Source: an uncultured cyanobacterium
GTDB taxonomy: Bacteria; Cyanobacteriota; Cyanobacteriia; Cyanobacteriales; Cyanobacteriaceae
Reading direction: 5' to 3'
NCBI GenBank assembly: GCA_963749915.1
Contig: CAVVOP010000032.1
Location: 96,001 to 160,000 of the forward strand
DNA length: 64,000 nucleotides
Positions 30,572 to 41,024 of the stretch are shown piece after piece. Below the pieces are notes generated by a model that worked only from the letters and a program-made list of their open reading frames with translations, was not told the origin of the DNA and searched no databases. The translations under genes and the position numbers were made by a program. Each line of letters opens with the position of its first letter. Position 1 is the first letter of the stretch.

Positions 30572-30913
30572 ATGACTGAAGTCAGCAATAATAAAACCCT
30601 CGAGGCAATGAAAAACTTTGCGGAGCAATACGCTAAGCGTACAGATACTTACTTCTGTGTAGATCCCTCCGTTACGGCGGTAGTGATTCAAGGTTTAGCC
30701 AGTCATAAAGAGCAATTAGGCTCTCCTCTTTGCCCCTGCCGGCACTACGAGGATAAAGAAGCCGAAGTAAAAAATACTTTTTGGAATTGTCCTTGTGTGC
30801 CGATGAGAGAAAGAAAAGAATGTCATTGTATGTTATTTATTACCCCAGATAATGAATTTTCAGGGAAAGAACAACAAATTTCTTGGGAAGACTTACAGGC
30901 TGTCGAATTTTAG
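30572..30913 (+). CDS. ftrC: Ferredoxin-thioredoxin reductase catalytic subunit
   Basis: LCPCRHY, WNCPCVPMRERKECHCMLF. Confidence 0.97.
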   Translation: MTEVSNNKTLEAMKNFAEQYAKRTDTYFCVDPSVTAVVIQGLASHKEQLGSPLCPCRHYEDKEAEVKNTFWNCPCVPMRERKECHCMLFITPDNEFSGKEQQISWEDLQAVEF

Positions 30914-31004
30914 ATTTTTTTAGTTTAATTAACCATTATTGACAATTATTGTGTTTTAAATTGTGGGCTGAGAATAAAATTAATTGCCAATTGCTAATTG
31001 GTAT

Positions 31005-31136
31005 TTAGTCTTCGTGATCCTCAAAAGGATCGCTTAATTCCGTAGAAGGAGGCCCAAAAGCGGTATAGATAGCGAATCCTGTAAAAGCGATTAACACAGC
31101 GCCAATACTAAATCCAATAATTGTTGCAGTTTCCAT
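31005..31136 (-). CDS. psbN: Photosystem II assembly protein PsbN (not in ORF track)
   Basis: [43 protein letters not shown], divergent from psbH. Confidence 0.96.
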   Translation of the reverse strand: METATIIGFSIGAVLIAFTGFAIYTAFGPPSTELSDPFEDHED

Positions 31137-31224
31137 AAGTGCTATTTGTTTGTTAAATAAGAGTCTTCTTACTCTATAATATTACGACAGATAAGAAAAA
31201 TAATTGTAATATCTAAGGTTAAAT

Positions 31225-31428
31225 ATGTCACAACGCACTCGTTTAGGCGATATTCTCAAGCCTCTTAATTCAGAATATGGTAAAGTCGCTCCCGGATGGA
31301 GTACTACTCCTTTAATGGGAGTATTTATGCTCTTATTTTTGGTTTTTTTATTGATCATTTTACAAATTTATAACTCCTCTCTCTTACTTGAAGGGGTAAA
31401 TGTTGACTGGAGTAGTCTTGGTCAATAA
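31225..31428 (+). CDS. psbH: Photosystem II protein H
   Basis: [22 protein letters not shown]. Confidence 0.97.
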   Translation: MSQRTRLGDILKPLNSEYGKVAPGWSTTPLMGVFMLLFLVFLLIILQIYNSSLLLEGVNVDWSSLGQ

Positions 31429-31480
31429 ACGGAGAACTGTTGATTGTTGATCGTTAATTTTTTATTAGAATTTAATTATA

Positions 31481-31744
31481 ATGAATGTTTTTGGTATCGG
31501 ACTTCCAGAAATGATTTTGATTTTCGTGGTAGCTTTATTGATTTTTGGTCCTAAAAAATTACCCGAAATCGGCAAAAGTTTAGGTAAAACTATCAAGGGT
31601 TTTCAAGAGGCTTCGAGAGAGTTTCAAGAGGAGTTTAAAAAAGAAGCTCAACAAATGGAAGAGACTGTCTCTATGAATGCCAAATTAGAACCAAGTAATG
31701 AAACAGAAAAAAATGTATCTACTTCAGGGGAAAAAGTTAATTAA
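31481..31744 (+). CDS. tatA: Tat translocase subunit TatA
   Basis: FGIGLPEM...[15 protein letters not shown]. Confidence 0.95.
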   Translation: MNVFGIGLPEMILIFVVALLIFGPKKLPEIGKSLGKTIKGFQEASREFQEEFKKEAQQMEETVSMNAKLEPSNETEKNVSTSGEKVN

Positions 31745-31785
31745 ATTGATTAACTGTCAACTTTCAACTTTCAACTGTTAAAATT

Positions 31786-32769
31786 ATGTTGATTTCCCGC
31801 GCACCCGTTAGGATTAGCTTTTTTGGGGGAGGCACTGATTATCCTGAGCATTTTTTACGTCATGGTGGTGCGGTTTTAGCCACTGCCATTGATAAATTCT
31901 GTTATCTTACCGCTAGTCCATTTCCTAGTCATTTATTCGACTATACTATGCGTTTGTCTTATCGTCAGGTAGAATTAGTCAAAAACCTAGCAGATATTGA
32001 ACACAATGTCTATCGCGAATGTTTAAAGTTTTGTGGTTTGGAGCGAGATATTGAGTTACATAATGTAGCTGATTTACCAGCTTTTACGGGATTGGGATCT
32101 TCTTCGACTTTTACCGTTGCACTACTTCACGCCCTCCACAGTTTTAAAGGGGAGTTTGTGCGCCCGTTAGATTTGGCTTATGAGGCGATTTATGTTGAAA
32201 GACAGTTATTACAAGATCAAGTTGGTTGTCAGGATCAATTAATGGCGGCGGTGGGCGGTTTTAATTTGGTAGAATTTCGTACAGAAACTGATATTATTAT
32301 CCATCGTCTGCCGATTTCCTCCCAAAGGTTAGCCGAGTTTGAGCAACATCTTTTCGTGCTATTTACAGGCATTAAAAGACGTGCGGCACAAGTAGTAGCC
32401 CATCAGTTAGAAAAAGTAGTTGATAATACAAACACTTTAAAAGATATGCGGACAATGGTTGATGATGGTTGGAATATTCTTACTAGCAATCATCAGTGTT
32501 TTTCGGCTTTCGGGAACCTGTTACATCAGGCATGGATGGCGAAACGCAGTTTATCTTCGGTGATTTCTAGTCCTGAAATTGATCAACTTTATCAACAAGG
32601 CATGGATGCTGGTGCATGGGGGGGAAAGTTGTTGGGTGCTGGTGCTGGGGGTTTTATTCTCTTTTTTGCACCTCCAGAGGCGCATCCTCGTTTAAAATCG
32701 GTTTTTAGGGATCGTCAAGTCTTGCAAGTGAAAGTTAACGCACCGGGTTCGGAAATAATTTTCTCATAA
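31786..32769 (+). CDS. GHMP kinase, heptose-7-phosphate kinase (HddA)-like
   Basis: RAPVRISFFGGGTD, PAFTGLGSSS, GCQDQ, KLLGAGAGGF. Confidence 0.88.
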   Translation: MLISRAPVRISFFGGGTDYPEHFLRHGGAVLATAIDKFCYLTASPFPSHLFDYTMRLSYRQVELVKNLADIEHNVYRECLKFCGLERDIELHNVADLPAFTGLGSSSTFTVALLHALHSFKGEFVRPLDLAYEAIYVERQLLQDQVGCQDQLMAAVGGFNLVEFRTETDIIIHRLPISSQRLAEFEQHLFVLFTGIKRRAAQVVAHQLEKVVDNTNTLKDMRTMVDDGWNILTSNHQCFSAFGNLLHQAWMAKRSLSSVISSPEIDQLYQQGMDAGAWGGKLLGAGAGGFILFFAPPEAHPRLKSVFRDRQVLQVKVNAPGSEIIFS

Positions 32770-32901
32770 TTATTAAATAAATACCAATAAATTAAAATGT
32801 AACTATAAAAAAAGGGGCTATACTTAACCCCAATTTTTGTTTTCCCAGTGGAGGCTTTAGCCCTCATTTATAAACCTTAAAGGGCTAACTAAGAACTTAA
32901 T

Positions 32902-33900
32902 TTAGCTAGCGACAATATATTCCTTAACAGTACTACGTTTTTTCCGTAGATGTGCTAAGGCTTGTTGTTCTAATTGGCGCACTCTTTCTCGGCTAATGCA
33001 CATTCTCTGGCCAATTTTGGCCAAAGATAATTCTTTACCGTCCTCCAAGCCGAATCTTAGTTTAACGACCTGTTGTTGTTGAGGTGTTAATTCTCCCAAC
33101 AATTTTTGTAAGTCTTGACGCATTAACTCTTGAGTAATATAGTTTTCAGGGGAAATACCGTTATCCTCCAATAATTCTGATAATTCGGTATCTTGATTAT
33201 CCCCTACTTTCACATCTAGAGAGATGGGTTGACGGGCGATACTGAAATATTCGCGAATTTGAGCAGGTTCTAATTCTAAGGCTAGGGCAATTTCATTAGG
33301 AGAAGGACTTCTACCCAGTTTTTGAGACAATTCCCTCTGGGTTTTTTTGATTTTATTTAGTTTTTCTGTTATGTGAATGGGTAGGCGGATAGTTCTAGCT
33401 TGTTGGGCGATCGCTCTTGTAATAGCTTGACGAATCCACCAGTAAGCATAGGTGGAAAACTTAAAGCCTTTGGTCGGATCAAACTTTTCGACTCCTCTTT
33501 CTAAACCCAAACTTCCTTCTTGAATTAAATCCAAAAACTCCATGTTTCTCTTTTGATATTTTTTGGCGATGGCCACCACCAGACGTAAATTCGCCTCAAT
33601 CATTTTTTGTTTGGCACGTTTACCTTGATGAACAATTTTTTTAATTTCATTAGGACTTTTATCTAAGGCATTAGCCCATTCTTCCACAGTGGGTTCACGA
33701 TCTAATTGTTCCGCTAATTTTTCCTGTACATGGTACAAAGCCATCATTTGTTGTACTTGCTTTCCAAAAATAATTTCCTGTTCATGACTCAACAAGGGAA
33801 CCTTGCCGATTTCTTGCAGATAGGTACGCACCATATCTACTGTGCTGACTTTGCGTTTATCAATGTCATTTATTTTGGCGGTAACTTTGGCAGTGGACAT
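32902..33900 (-). CDS. sigB: Group 2 sigma-70 factor, SigB-like
   Basis: DMVRTYLQEIGKVPLL, ANLRLVVAIAKKYQKRNMEFLDLIQEG, KFSTYAYWWIRQ; no region 1.1. Confidence 0.85.
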   Translation of the reverse strand: MSTAKVTAKINDIDKRKVSTVDMVRTYLQEIGKVPLLSHEQEIIFGKQVQQMMALYHVQEKLAEQLDREPTVEEWANALDKSPNEIKKIVHQGKRAKQKMIEANLRLVVAIAKKYQKRNMEFLDLIQEGSLGLERGVEKFDPTKGFKFSTYAYWWIRQAITRAIAQQARTIRLPIHITEKLNKIKKTQRELSQKLGRSPSPNEIALALELEPAQIREYFSIARQPISLDVKVGDNQDTELSELLEDNGISPENYITQELMRQDLQKLLGELTPQQQQVVKLRFGLEDGKELSLAKIGQRMCISRERVRQLEQQALAHLRKKRSTVKEYIVAS

Positions 33901-34318
33901 AGGGCTTATATTCTCCTAACTTCAAGATCGATATTATTTTCAGAAACAAGATTGTTTGTACAAGCAACCTTGGTATTGATTCCATAGAAGTCGTAAATGA
34001 CTTGTACTAAGTGTTACTAGTTATTTTATTCCTTCTTTAGACGTTAATTTGTTAATAAAAGTTCATTTTTGAGATTTTTTTTGTGGTAGCCTATTAATTT
34101 GAGTCAATGATAAACTAAGCGTTTTGTAAATTTTCGTTACAACCTACTTATATGATGACGAATTTAAAATATAATTGTTACCCTAGTTAGTGAGTGATCA
34201 CCGAACCTGACATGAAATTGGACTAAGGAACATCCGAAGAATTTGGAGATCCCCATAGTGTTAGCATACCCAAAAATTCCTCGATAACTATCTTTCTTAA
34301 GGGAAATATCAGTAATTT

Positions 34319-35215
34319 TTAAACAATATTTACATTACATTTTTCACCAAAACCAAAACTGGTCGTTTTTTTTGTTTTCAATTGGTCGCCGATCTCCACA
34401 ATTCCATCATCTATAGCAATGAGATTTTGTCCAAACATAATTCCTTCGGATGTATTGCGAAAACTACTTAAAGTTAATAACGGTTCTTTTAGAGGGTTAA
34501 TCTTGCCGGTTTTTTGATCAGTGGTAATTACTATACAACGACTGCAAGGTTTAACGACCTCAAATTTAACTTTACCTATTTTAATCATCTTCCATGTATC
34601 TTCGATAAAAGGCTCTGAGGTTTCAACAACTATATTAGGACGAAAACGATCCATCGTAATCTGCAATTTTTCTTGGGGATATTTGTTCTCTAAACGTTGG
34701 TTTAATTCCTGCAAAGAAGCCGTATTTGTCAACAAAAAAGGAAAACCATCGGCAAAACTTACGGATTGGTTTTCTTGAGTACTATAGTTTGGATTAATTG
34801 CTCTGATATGATGGTCTGATTGTTGTACTAAACGACAAAAAATATCTATTTTTAAAGTATTTTTAAACCAATTTGCCACTTCATCTCCCTGATCAATAGC
34901 TATAGTATGATCATGCCAAACATTAACTTTCATGGAGTTTTTATGGGTAGAAGGGATTAATTCAAAGGGTGATATACCACCATTTTTACTGCTTAAATAT
35001 AGCTTAGATCCTTCTATTTTTACTCTAATAGTTGCCAGTTGTGGATATTGCCTTTGAGTTAAAAATTTGCCCTTTTCATCTACTAGCATAAATTGGCGAT
35101 CATAAAAAGTAGGTTGAAAAATATCTCGTAAACCTTTAGGGGTAATTTCTGCTTTAGTTAAACTAATTGCTTGGCAAGATTTAATGGGATAAAGAAAAAT
35201 ACTGATGACCTTCAT
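34319..35215 (-). CDS. MOSC domain protein
   Basis: YPIKSC, DRQFM, FADGFP, RFRPN, KPCSRC, FGQN. Confidence 0.93.
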   Translation of the reverse strand: MKVISIFLYPIKSCQAISLTKAEITPKGLRDIFQPTFYDRQFMLVDEKGKFLTQRQYPQLATIRVKIEGSKLYLSSKNGGISPFELIPSTHKNSMKVNVWHDHTIAIDQGDEVANWFKNTLKIDIFCRLVQQSDHHIRAINPNYSTQENQSVSFADGFPFLLTNTASLQELNQRLENKYPQEKLQITMDRFRPNIVVETSEPFIEDTWKMIKIGKVKFEVVKPCSRCIVITTDQKTGKINPLKEPLLTLSSFRNTSEGIMFGQNLIAIDDGIVEIGDQLKTKKTTSFGFGEKCNVNIV

Positions 35216-35255
35216 AAGCTATTGTTTTTCTTTTATAATTAGCGTAAATAATAAG

Positions 35256-35909
35256 CTAACCTTGTTGTTTTTGTCCAAAGTCCAGTCCAATACGAGGTTC
35301 TGTCCCTGCCATAATTCGCTCAATATTACTACGATGTCTGATAATTACATATATGGCGGCAACGATCACAAAACTGATATAAGGTGTTGAAGGATTAAAA
35401 ATCCACATTAATATATTAACAGCGATGGCGGCACTGATGGAACTAAGGGAGACAATCTTGGAGACACCTAAAACCATTAAAAATACAGCCAGAGTGCCTA
35501 ACCCCACAAAAGGATTCATCATCAGCAAAATACCTAAACTAATGGCGGCGGATTTACCTCCAGAAAAGTTTAACCAAACAGATTTACTATGACCGATAAC
35601 CGCTAATAATGCACAAATAGCTACTAACCATCCCTGCCACTGAGAAGGTAATAAATTTGAGTAGTTGTACAATAATTTAACTAAAAATACGGCTAATGCT
35701 CCTTTCAACATATCGATCAATAATACTGCGATGGCCGCCCCTTTGCCAACGGTTCTCAGTACATTAGTCGCCCCCGTAGAACCTGAGCCATGTTGACGAA
35801 TATCAATACCTTTTAGCATACGTGCCAACATATAACCCGTAGGAATAGAACCGAGTAGATAAGCTAATAAAATTAAGCTGAAACTAATTAAAATAGGAGA
35901 AGTCATCAT
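35256..35909 (-). CDS. plsY: Glycerol-3-phosphate acyltransferase
   Basis: YLLGSIP, GSGSTGATN, GGKS, RHRSNI. Confidence 0.96.
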   Translation of the reverse strand: MMTSPILISFSLILLAYLLGSIPTGYMLARMLKGIDIRQHGSGSTGATNVLRTVGKGAAIAVLLIDMLKGALAVFLVKLLYNYSNLLPSQWQGWLVAICALLAVIGHSKSVWLNFSGGKSAAISLGILLMMNPFVGLGTLAVFLMVLGVSKIVSLSSISAAIAVNILMWIFNPSTPYISFVIVAAIYVIIRHRSNIERIMAGTEPRIGLDFGQKQQG

Positions 35910-36036
35910 AAAGCCAAATACGATCTCAATCTATTGTTAAGAATAATTGTAACTGCCTAGGTCATTAAATTTTTTGTGTTCCCCTCGGCAGTTAGGAGAT
36001 GAGGAGAAAATAAAATATATCTTCTTTCATGACAAG

Positions 36037-38055
36037 TTATTTAACTAGATCAACAAGGGGTGAACTAGCTGAAGCATAAGTTTTTACAGGGATACGTCCG
36101 GCTTCATAGGCGAGTCTTCCTGCTTGGGTGGCTAATCCGATGGCTTTTGCCATTTTAACAGGATTGCCCGCTAAGGCGATGGCACTATTAATTAATAAGG
36201 CATCTGCACCCAATTCCATGCCCAAAGCTGCTTCGCTAGGTGTGCCAATTCCCGCATCAATTACCACAGGAATTGTGCTTTGTTCGATAATAATTTTAAT
36301 ATTAGCTAAATTTTGAATACCCTGTCCTGAACCGATGGGCGATCCTAAAGGCATAACGGTAGCACAGCCAACCTCTTCTAATCTTTTGCAAAGGAGAGGA
36401 TCTGCATTTATATAGGGTAACACCGCAAAACCTTCTTTTACCAACTGTTCTGCCGCTTGTAGCGTACCGACGGGATCTGGTAGTAAATATTTAGCATCGG
36501 GAATAACCTCCAATTTGATGAAATTATTGTCTTCCTGCCCCAGTAATTTCGCCATTTCTCTACCTAAACGAGCTACCCTCATTGCCTCTTCGGCATTGGT
36601 GCATCCTGCTGTATTGGGCAACATCCAGATTTTATTCCAATCGAGGGCTTCTGCTAACCCTTCATGACCCGGGGCGTTGGTTTGTACTCTACGCACGGCA
36701 ACGGTTACGATTTCGCAACCACTGGCGATAACGCTTTGTTGCATAGATTCGATACTGGGATATTTTCCTGTACCTGTCATCAAGCGAGACTTAAATTTAC
36801 GTCCGGCAATGATTAAACTATCATCATCAGTATTACCGTTAAATATTTCCGCAGAATTAGAGGTTAGGAGATTATTATTTGCATTTTTAGGGGAAAAATA
36901 ATCTGAATCGGCTTTGGTTGGGCTTAAATTGCTTCCATTATTGCTCAACTTGCCATTTGGGGGATTACTGGCAGTAGGATAAGTCATAATTTGTGGCTGA
37001 GATTTGTTGAATCGTTGATAACTAAAATGTTTTAATAAAGGATCACTATGTTGATCAACTACTAAGTTACTTATTAATTTAGCGGTAATGGGTGCAAGTA
37101 GGATACCATTACGATGATGTCCTGTGGCGAAAACCAAGTTATCAGCGTCACCATGGCCTAAAATGGGCATTTCATCGGCTGTAGCGGGGCGAAAACCATA
37201 CCAAATTTCGTCTAATTGCCATTGGGAAACAGGAGGATATAAACGAATGGCCCGATTTAGCAGTGTGCTTATGCCTTCAGCAGTGTTGCCTTCCATCCAA
37301 CCTATATCTTCAGAAGTTGCACCCACAATTAAACGCCCGTCTTTTTTTGGCACTAAGTAAGTGTTTTCGCCAAAAATGACTCTTTCTAAGGGGTTTTCTG
37401 AGGCTATCTTTAAACTTAGCATTTGCCCTTTTAAGGGTCGCACAGGGAGAGGAAATAGTTTACTTGACCATGCCCCACTAGCCAATATATAGGTATCGGC
37501 GGAAAATATACCAGACTTAGTGAGAATATTCTTGATTCTACATTGATGACGAGTAAAAGCGATGGCCTCTACACCTTCTTTGATATCGACTCCCAATGAT
37601 TGGGCTACATTTAATAATACCCTACCCACACGACGAGGATCGACTTGTCCTTCTTCGGGGTACCAGTAACCCCCCAAAACCTCTTCTCCGAGGTGAGGTT
37701 GATATAGTTGAATGGTGTCTTTATCTAACCAGTTATCATTAATAGTTGAGGGTTCCTGGTAAACGGGGGCGATGATACCACAAGGATTATAGTCTATATC
37801 TTCTCCGCTTAACTGCTCTAATTTTCCTGCCCATTCGGGATACAGGGCAAGGGATAAATCAGCTAAATCTACCATAGCACCTTGGGGTAACTGTTCGGCT
37901 CTTGGTGCTAACATTCCTGCGGCGGCGTTGGTGGCGGCTTGGGGGAAATTTTTACTTAAGACTGTCACCCCTAATCCTTTTAATTTTAACTCGAGGGCGA
38001 TGGCAAGTCCAATAATACCGCCGCCAATAATAATAATTTCGTTGCTAGTTTTCAT
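36037..38055 (-). CDS. thiG: ThiO (glycine oxidase)-ThiG (thiazole synthase) fusion
   Basis: N-terminal [24 protein letters not shown]-terminal [27 protein letters not shown]. Confidence 0.95.
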   Translation of the reverse strand: MKTSNEIIIIGGGIIGLAIALELKLKGLGVTVLSKNFPQAATNAAAGMLAPRAEQLPQGAMVDLADLSLALYPEWAGKLEQLSGEDIDYNPCGIIAPVYQEPSTINDNWLDKDTIQLYQPHLGEEVLGGYWYPEEGQVDPRRVGRVLLNVAQSLGVDIKEGVEAIAFTRHQCRIKNILTKSGIFSADTYILASGAWSSKLFPLPVRPLKGQMLSLKIASENPLERVIFGENTYLVPKKDGRLIVGATSEDIGWMEGNTAEGISTLLNRAIRLYPPVSQWQLDEIWYGFRPATADEMPILGHGDADNLVFATGHHRNGILLAPITAKLISNLVVDQHSDPLLKHFSYQRFNKSQPQIMTYPTASNPPNGKLSNNGSNLSPTKADSDYFSPKNANNNLLTSNSAEIFNGNTDDDSLIIAGRKFKSRLMTGTGKYPSIESMQQSVIASGCEIVTVAVRRVQTNAPGHEGLAEALDWNKIWMLPNTAGCTNAEEAMRVARLGREMAKLLGQEDNNFIKLEVIPDAKYLLPDPVGTLQAAEQLVKEGFAVLPYINADPLLCKRLEEVGCATVMPLGSPIGSGQGIQNLANIKIIIEQSTIPVVIDAGIGTPSEAALGMELGADALLINSAIALAGNPVKMAKAIGLATQAGRLAYEAGRIPVKTYASASSPLVDLVK

Positions 38056-38173
38056 AATCGATAATTAACATATACTCGATATCTTAACATTGCCCCCGCA
38101 CTGTATTAAAGTAGGAGAGGAAGAGTAAATATCTTGATCAATGTGAGTTAAATGCGTCTTAGCTTAATAATTT

Positions 38174-38488
38174 CTAGTCCCAATCAAACAGAGGATCTTT
38201 TTCTTCATCAAAATCCCTATTAAGCTGTTTATTTTTTCTCTTATTTTGATTATATTTGGGAGTTTTTTTCTGATATTTATTTCCACCAAACAATAAAGGA
38301 ATAATTGCCCCAATTATAAAGCCTAAAGTTAAAGCAAAAGCAAATAAAACACCTATAGGAATTTTAATAGATTCTAACCAGAAAAATTTTAGACTAACTA
38401 ATGTTATATTCTGAATAGAAAATACAGCTATTAAATTAATCCAAAATCCCACTATCAAGCTAATAATAATTTGTTTTATTCTATTCAT
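38174..38488 (-). CDS. LapA/DUF1049-like small membrane protein
   Basis: Two TM helices with FSIQN...VSLKF...PIG. Confidence 0.75.
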   Translation of the reverse strand: MNRIKQIIISLIVGFWINLIAVFSIQNITLVSLKFFWLESIKIPIGVLFAFALTLGFIIGAIIPLLFGGNKYQKKTPKYNQNKRKNKQLNRDFDEEKDPLFDWD

Positions 38489-38518
38489 TGTCTCTAGCTT
38501 AATTCTTTTTGTAAAAAA

Positions 38519-38549
38519 AGGTTGGGTTCGCGACAGTGTAACCCAACCT
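38519..38549. repeat. REP-like palindrome
   Basis: AGGTTGGGTT / AACCCAACCT perfect 10-bp inverted repeat just downstream of pgi. Confidence 0.6.
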
Positions 38550-38553
38550 AAGG

Positions 38554-40146
38554 TTAACTGCGTGTTACTCGCAAACTATTGGGTAAAGTACGATCGCCTG
38601 TTAGAATAATTCCTCGATCATTTGCTGATAAATGTCGTAAAATCTTGTAAATTGACTCTATATCTTCTAATTTACCTAAATTTATGGCAATATCCCTGAT
38701 AGTAACAGCATTAGTGGTGTTTTTGACTAAATTTAATATCTCCGTTTGTAAACTTAAAATCGAGGCAGCGGCTTTTTTCCCTGCCTCCACACCTGGTTGA
38801 TGATAGGCATTAATGTTAACAAGATAAGCATAAATACCTACTGCTCTTTCATAAAGGGCAATCAACGCACCCACAATGCGAGGGGTTACTTGATTAACTG
38901 TGACGGTAATGGAATCCCTACCGTTATCATATAAGGCTTTGCGGGTGCCTTGCAATAAACCAGAGAGATAGTCACCGCTAGTAATATGCGTTTCTAATTC
39001 GAAGGATTTTCCGTCTCTATCCTTTAATACTTCAATAAAGGTGACAAAAAAGTTAGCTATGCCTTCCCGTAATTGTTGAACATAGGCGTGTTGATCTGTT
39101 GATCCTTTGTTACCATAAACAGCGAGACCTTGAAAAACTGTGTTACCGTCTAAGTCTTTTTCTTTGCCGAGGGATTCCATGACCAATTGTTGTAAATAAC
39201 GGCTAAACAGCAAGAGACTGTCCTTATAAGGCAATATTACCATGTCTTTTTCTCCCTTGCCTTTTCCAGCATAATACCAAGCCAAAGCGAGTAAGGCGGC
39301 AGGATTTTTTTTGACATCTGTTTCCCTGGTGGCAATATCCATTTCTTTTGCACCTTCTAACATCTCGTCAATGTCAATGCCTTCTAACACTGCAGGTAAT
39401 AAACCAACGGCGGATAATTCAGAAGTGCGCCCTCCTACCCAGTCAAACATGGGGATGCAAGCCAACCAATTTTCCTCTTTGACAACGTGATAAAGTTTGC
39501 TACTGTTGTCCATCATGGTGATGGCTACGGCATGACGAGAAAAGTCTAATCCCTTTTGAGAGTAGGCATTTTTCACCTCTAACATTCCGTTGCGGGTTTC
39601 GGGTGTGCCTCCGGATTTGCTAATGACTAATACTAAGGTACTTTTTAATTTATTTCCTAATTTAGCTAAAACTCGATCGATTCCCGTCGGATCTGTGTTA
39701 TCTATAAAATGGATGTTTAAACTGGGGTTAATGGGTGCTAAAGCCTGAGAAACGAATTGGGGACCTAAAGCCGAACCTCCGATACCTATGGAGAGTAAAT
39801 CGGTGAATTTTTCTCCTTGAGGCGTGGTTATCGTGCCTGAATGGATTTTTTTTGCAAATTGCTTGATTTCTACCAAACCGTTAATGATTTCTTCCTTAAT
39901 TTTTTGAGTAGGGGCAATGTCAGGATTTCTTAACCAATAATGCCCTACCATGCGTTTTTCATCAGGATTGGCGATCGCACCCTGTTCTAGTTTAGCCATA
40001 GAATCAAAGGCGAAGGCTAATTTGGGTTTCATAGAACTATAAAAATCATCATCAAAACCCATGCGACTGATATCAACATAAATTTCTAAACCTTGATGAT
40101 AATAAAGCCAATCTAGATAGCGTTGCCAAAGTTGTAAATTATCCAT
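38554..40146 (-). CDS. pgi: Glucose-6-phosphate isomerase
   Basis: [33 protein letters not shown]. Confidence 0.97.
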   Translation of the reverse strand: MDNLQLWQRYLDWLYYHQGLEIYVDISRMGFDDDFYSSMKPKLAFAFDSMAKLEQGAIANPDEKRMVGHYWLRNPDIAPTQKIKEEIINGLVEIKQFAKKIHSGTITTPQGEKFTDLLSIGIGGSALGPQFVSQALAPINPSLNIHFIDNTDPTGIDRVLAKLGNKLKSTLVLVISKSGGTPETRNGMLEVKNAYSQKGLDFSRHAVAITMMDNSSKLYHVVKEENWLACIPMFDWVGGRTSELSAVGLLPAVLEGIDIDEMLEGAKEMDIATRETDVKKNPAALLALAWYYAGKGKGEKDMVILPYKDSLLLFSRYLQQLVMESLGKEKDLDGNTVFQGLAVYGNKGSTDQHAYVQQLREGIANFFVTFIEVLKDRDGKSFELETHITSGDYLSGLLQGTRKALYDNGRDSITVTVNQVTPRIVGALIALYERAVGIYAYLVNINAYHQPGVEAGKKAAASILSLQTEILNLVKNTTNAVTIRDIAINLGKLEDIESIYKILRHLSANDRGIILTGDRTLPNSLRVTRS

Positions 40147-40282
40147 AAATAACAGTCATAATATGTTCTCATTCTTTCATTATCATAGACTTTGAATCGT
40201 CAACCATGAACAATTAATAATTAATTAATGTGTATAGTTTAAAAAAAAATAATAGTGTTCTAGGGGAAAGATAAATTAATTG

Positions 40283-40484
40283 TCATACTTGTCTATTAGT
40301 AAATGTATTATGATCAGACTCCCCATTAAACTCAACTAAACTAGACTCCCATTTGACTAAAGTGTTGGCAAATATTTCTTTTAAACGCTTTAATATTTCT
40401 GGGGAGATTGCTTTTCTACGATATTTAGTCCCCAAAACAACATGAGCAGTAAGTTTATAGACAGATCTAAAACCTTTATGATAA
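40283..40484 (-). pseudogene. tnpA: IS200/IS605 tnpA (Y1 HUH transposase) fragment
   Basis: YHKGFRSVYKLTAHVVLGTKYRRK...EFNGESDH, frameshifted at the HUH motif and truncated. Confidence 0.85.
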
Positions 40485-40487
40485 GCG

Positions 40488-40604
40488 AAAGGTAACGGCT
40501 TTCCCAGATTTAAAAAGAAGATGAGAAGCTTTGTTTTTCCCGCCATGGTTAAAAATTGTTTGGGTCAAGGAAAGGTAAAGCTACCACAATTAGGATGGCT
40601 ATAA
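40488..40604 (+). pseudogene. tnpB: IS605 tnpB internal fragment (not in ORF track)
   Basis: KGNGFPRFKKKMRSFVFPAMVKNCLGQGKVKLPQLGWL*, divergent from the tnpA fragment. Confidence 0.8.
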
Positions 40605-40943
40605 TAGAAAGCTAAAAATATTTAAAATCTTGTCAGAACGTTATCGAAATAGAAGAAAAAGGTTTGGTTTAAGATTTAATTGCTGACATTTATAATTATG
40701 AACTCCAAACAAAATCTATTTAACTATCTGAAAGTTTCCGATAATTATTATGGTTAATTTCTGATTTTTTTTCTATTAATAATTATTTTTTCTTGATTTT
40801 TGAGAATAACATAAGTATTTTTTATGCCTTAAGTCCTGATTCAACTAATTTTGACGATTTTTGTTTTTGGCGATCGCTATAAGTCTTGAAAAATAACCAT
40901 TTAACTAAACCTTCCCAGTCTGGTTTTTCCTTTTGCCCATTGA

Positions 40944-40960
40944 TTTCATCCTGATTTCAT
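40944..40960 (+). promoter_or_regulatory. CopR box TTTCAT-N5-TTTCAT
   Basis: TTTCATCCTGATTTCAT upstream of the RND adaptor gene; matches the Synechocystis CopR site. Confidence 0.85.
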
Positions 40961-41024
40961 ATTTGCCAATTATACTAAGGTGTCATTAACCAAAAAATCA
41001 GATCCAAACTTGAAATAGAGAATC

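Noticed and set aside
34190..34206. K-box-like GTTCGG motif upstream of sigB
   Set aside because: Only the hexamer matches clearly; too short to support without TSS data
36037..38055. ThiO-ThiG fusion as a novelty
   Set aside because: This fusion is already known in cyanobacteria
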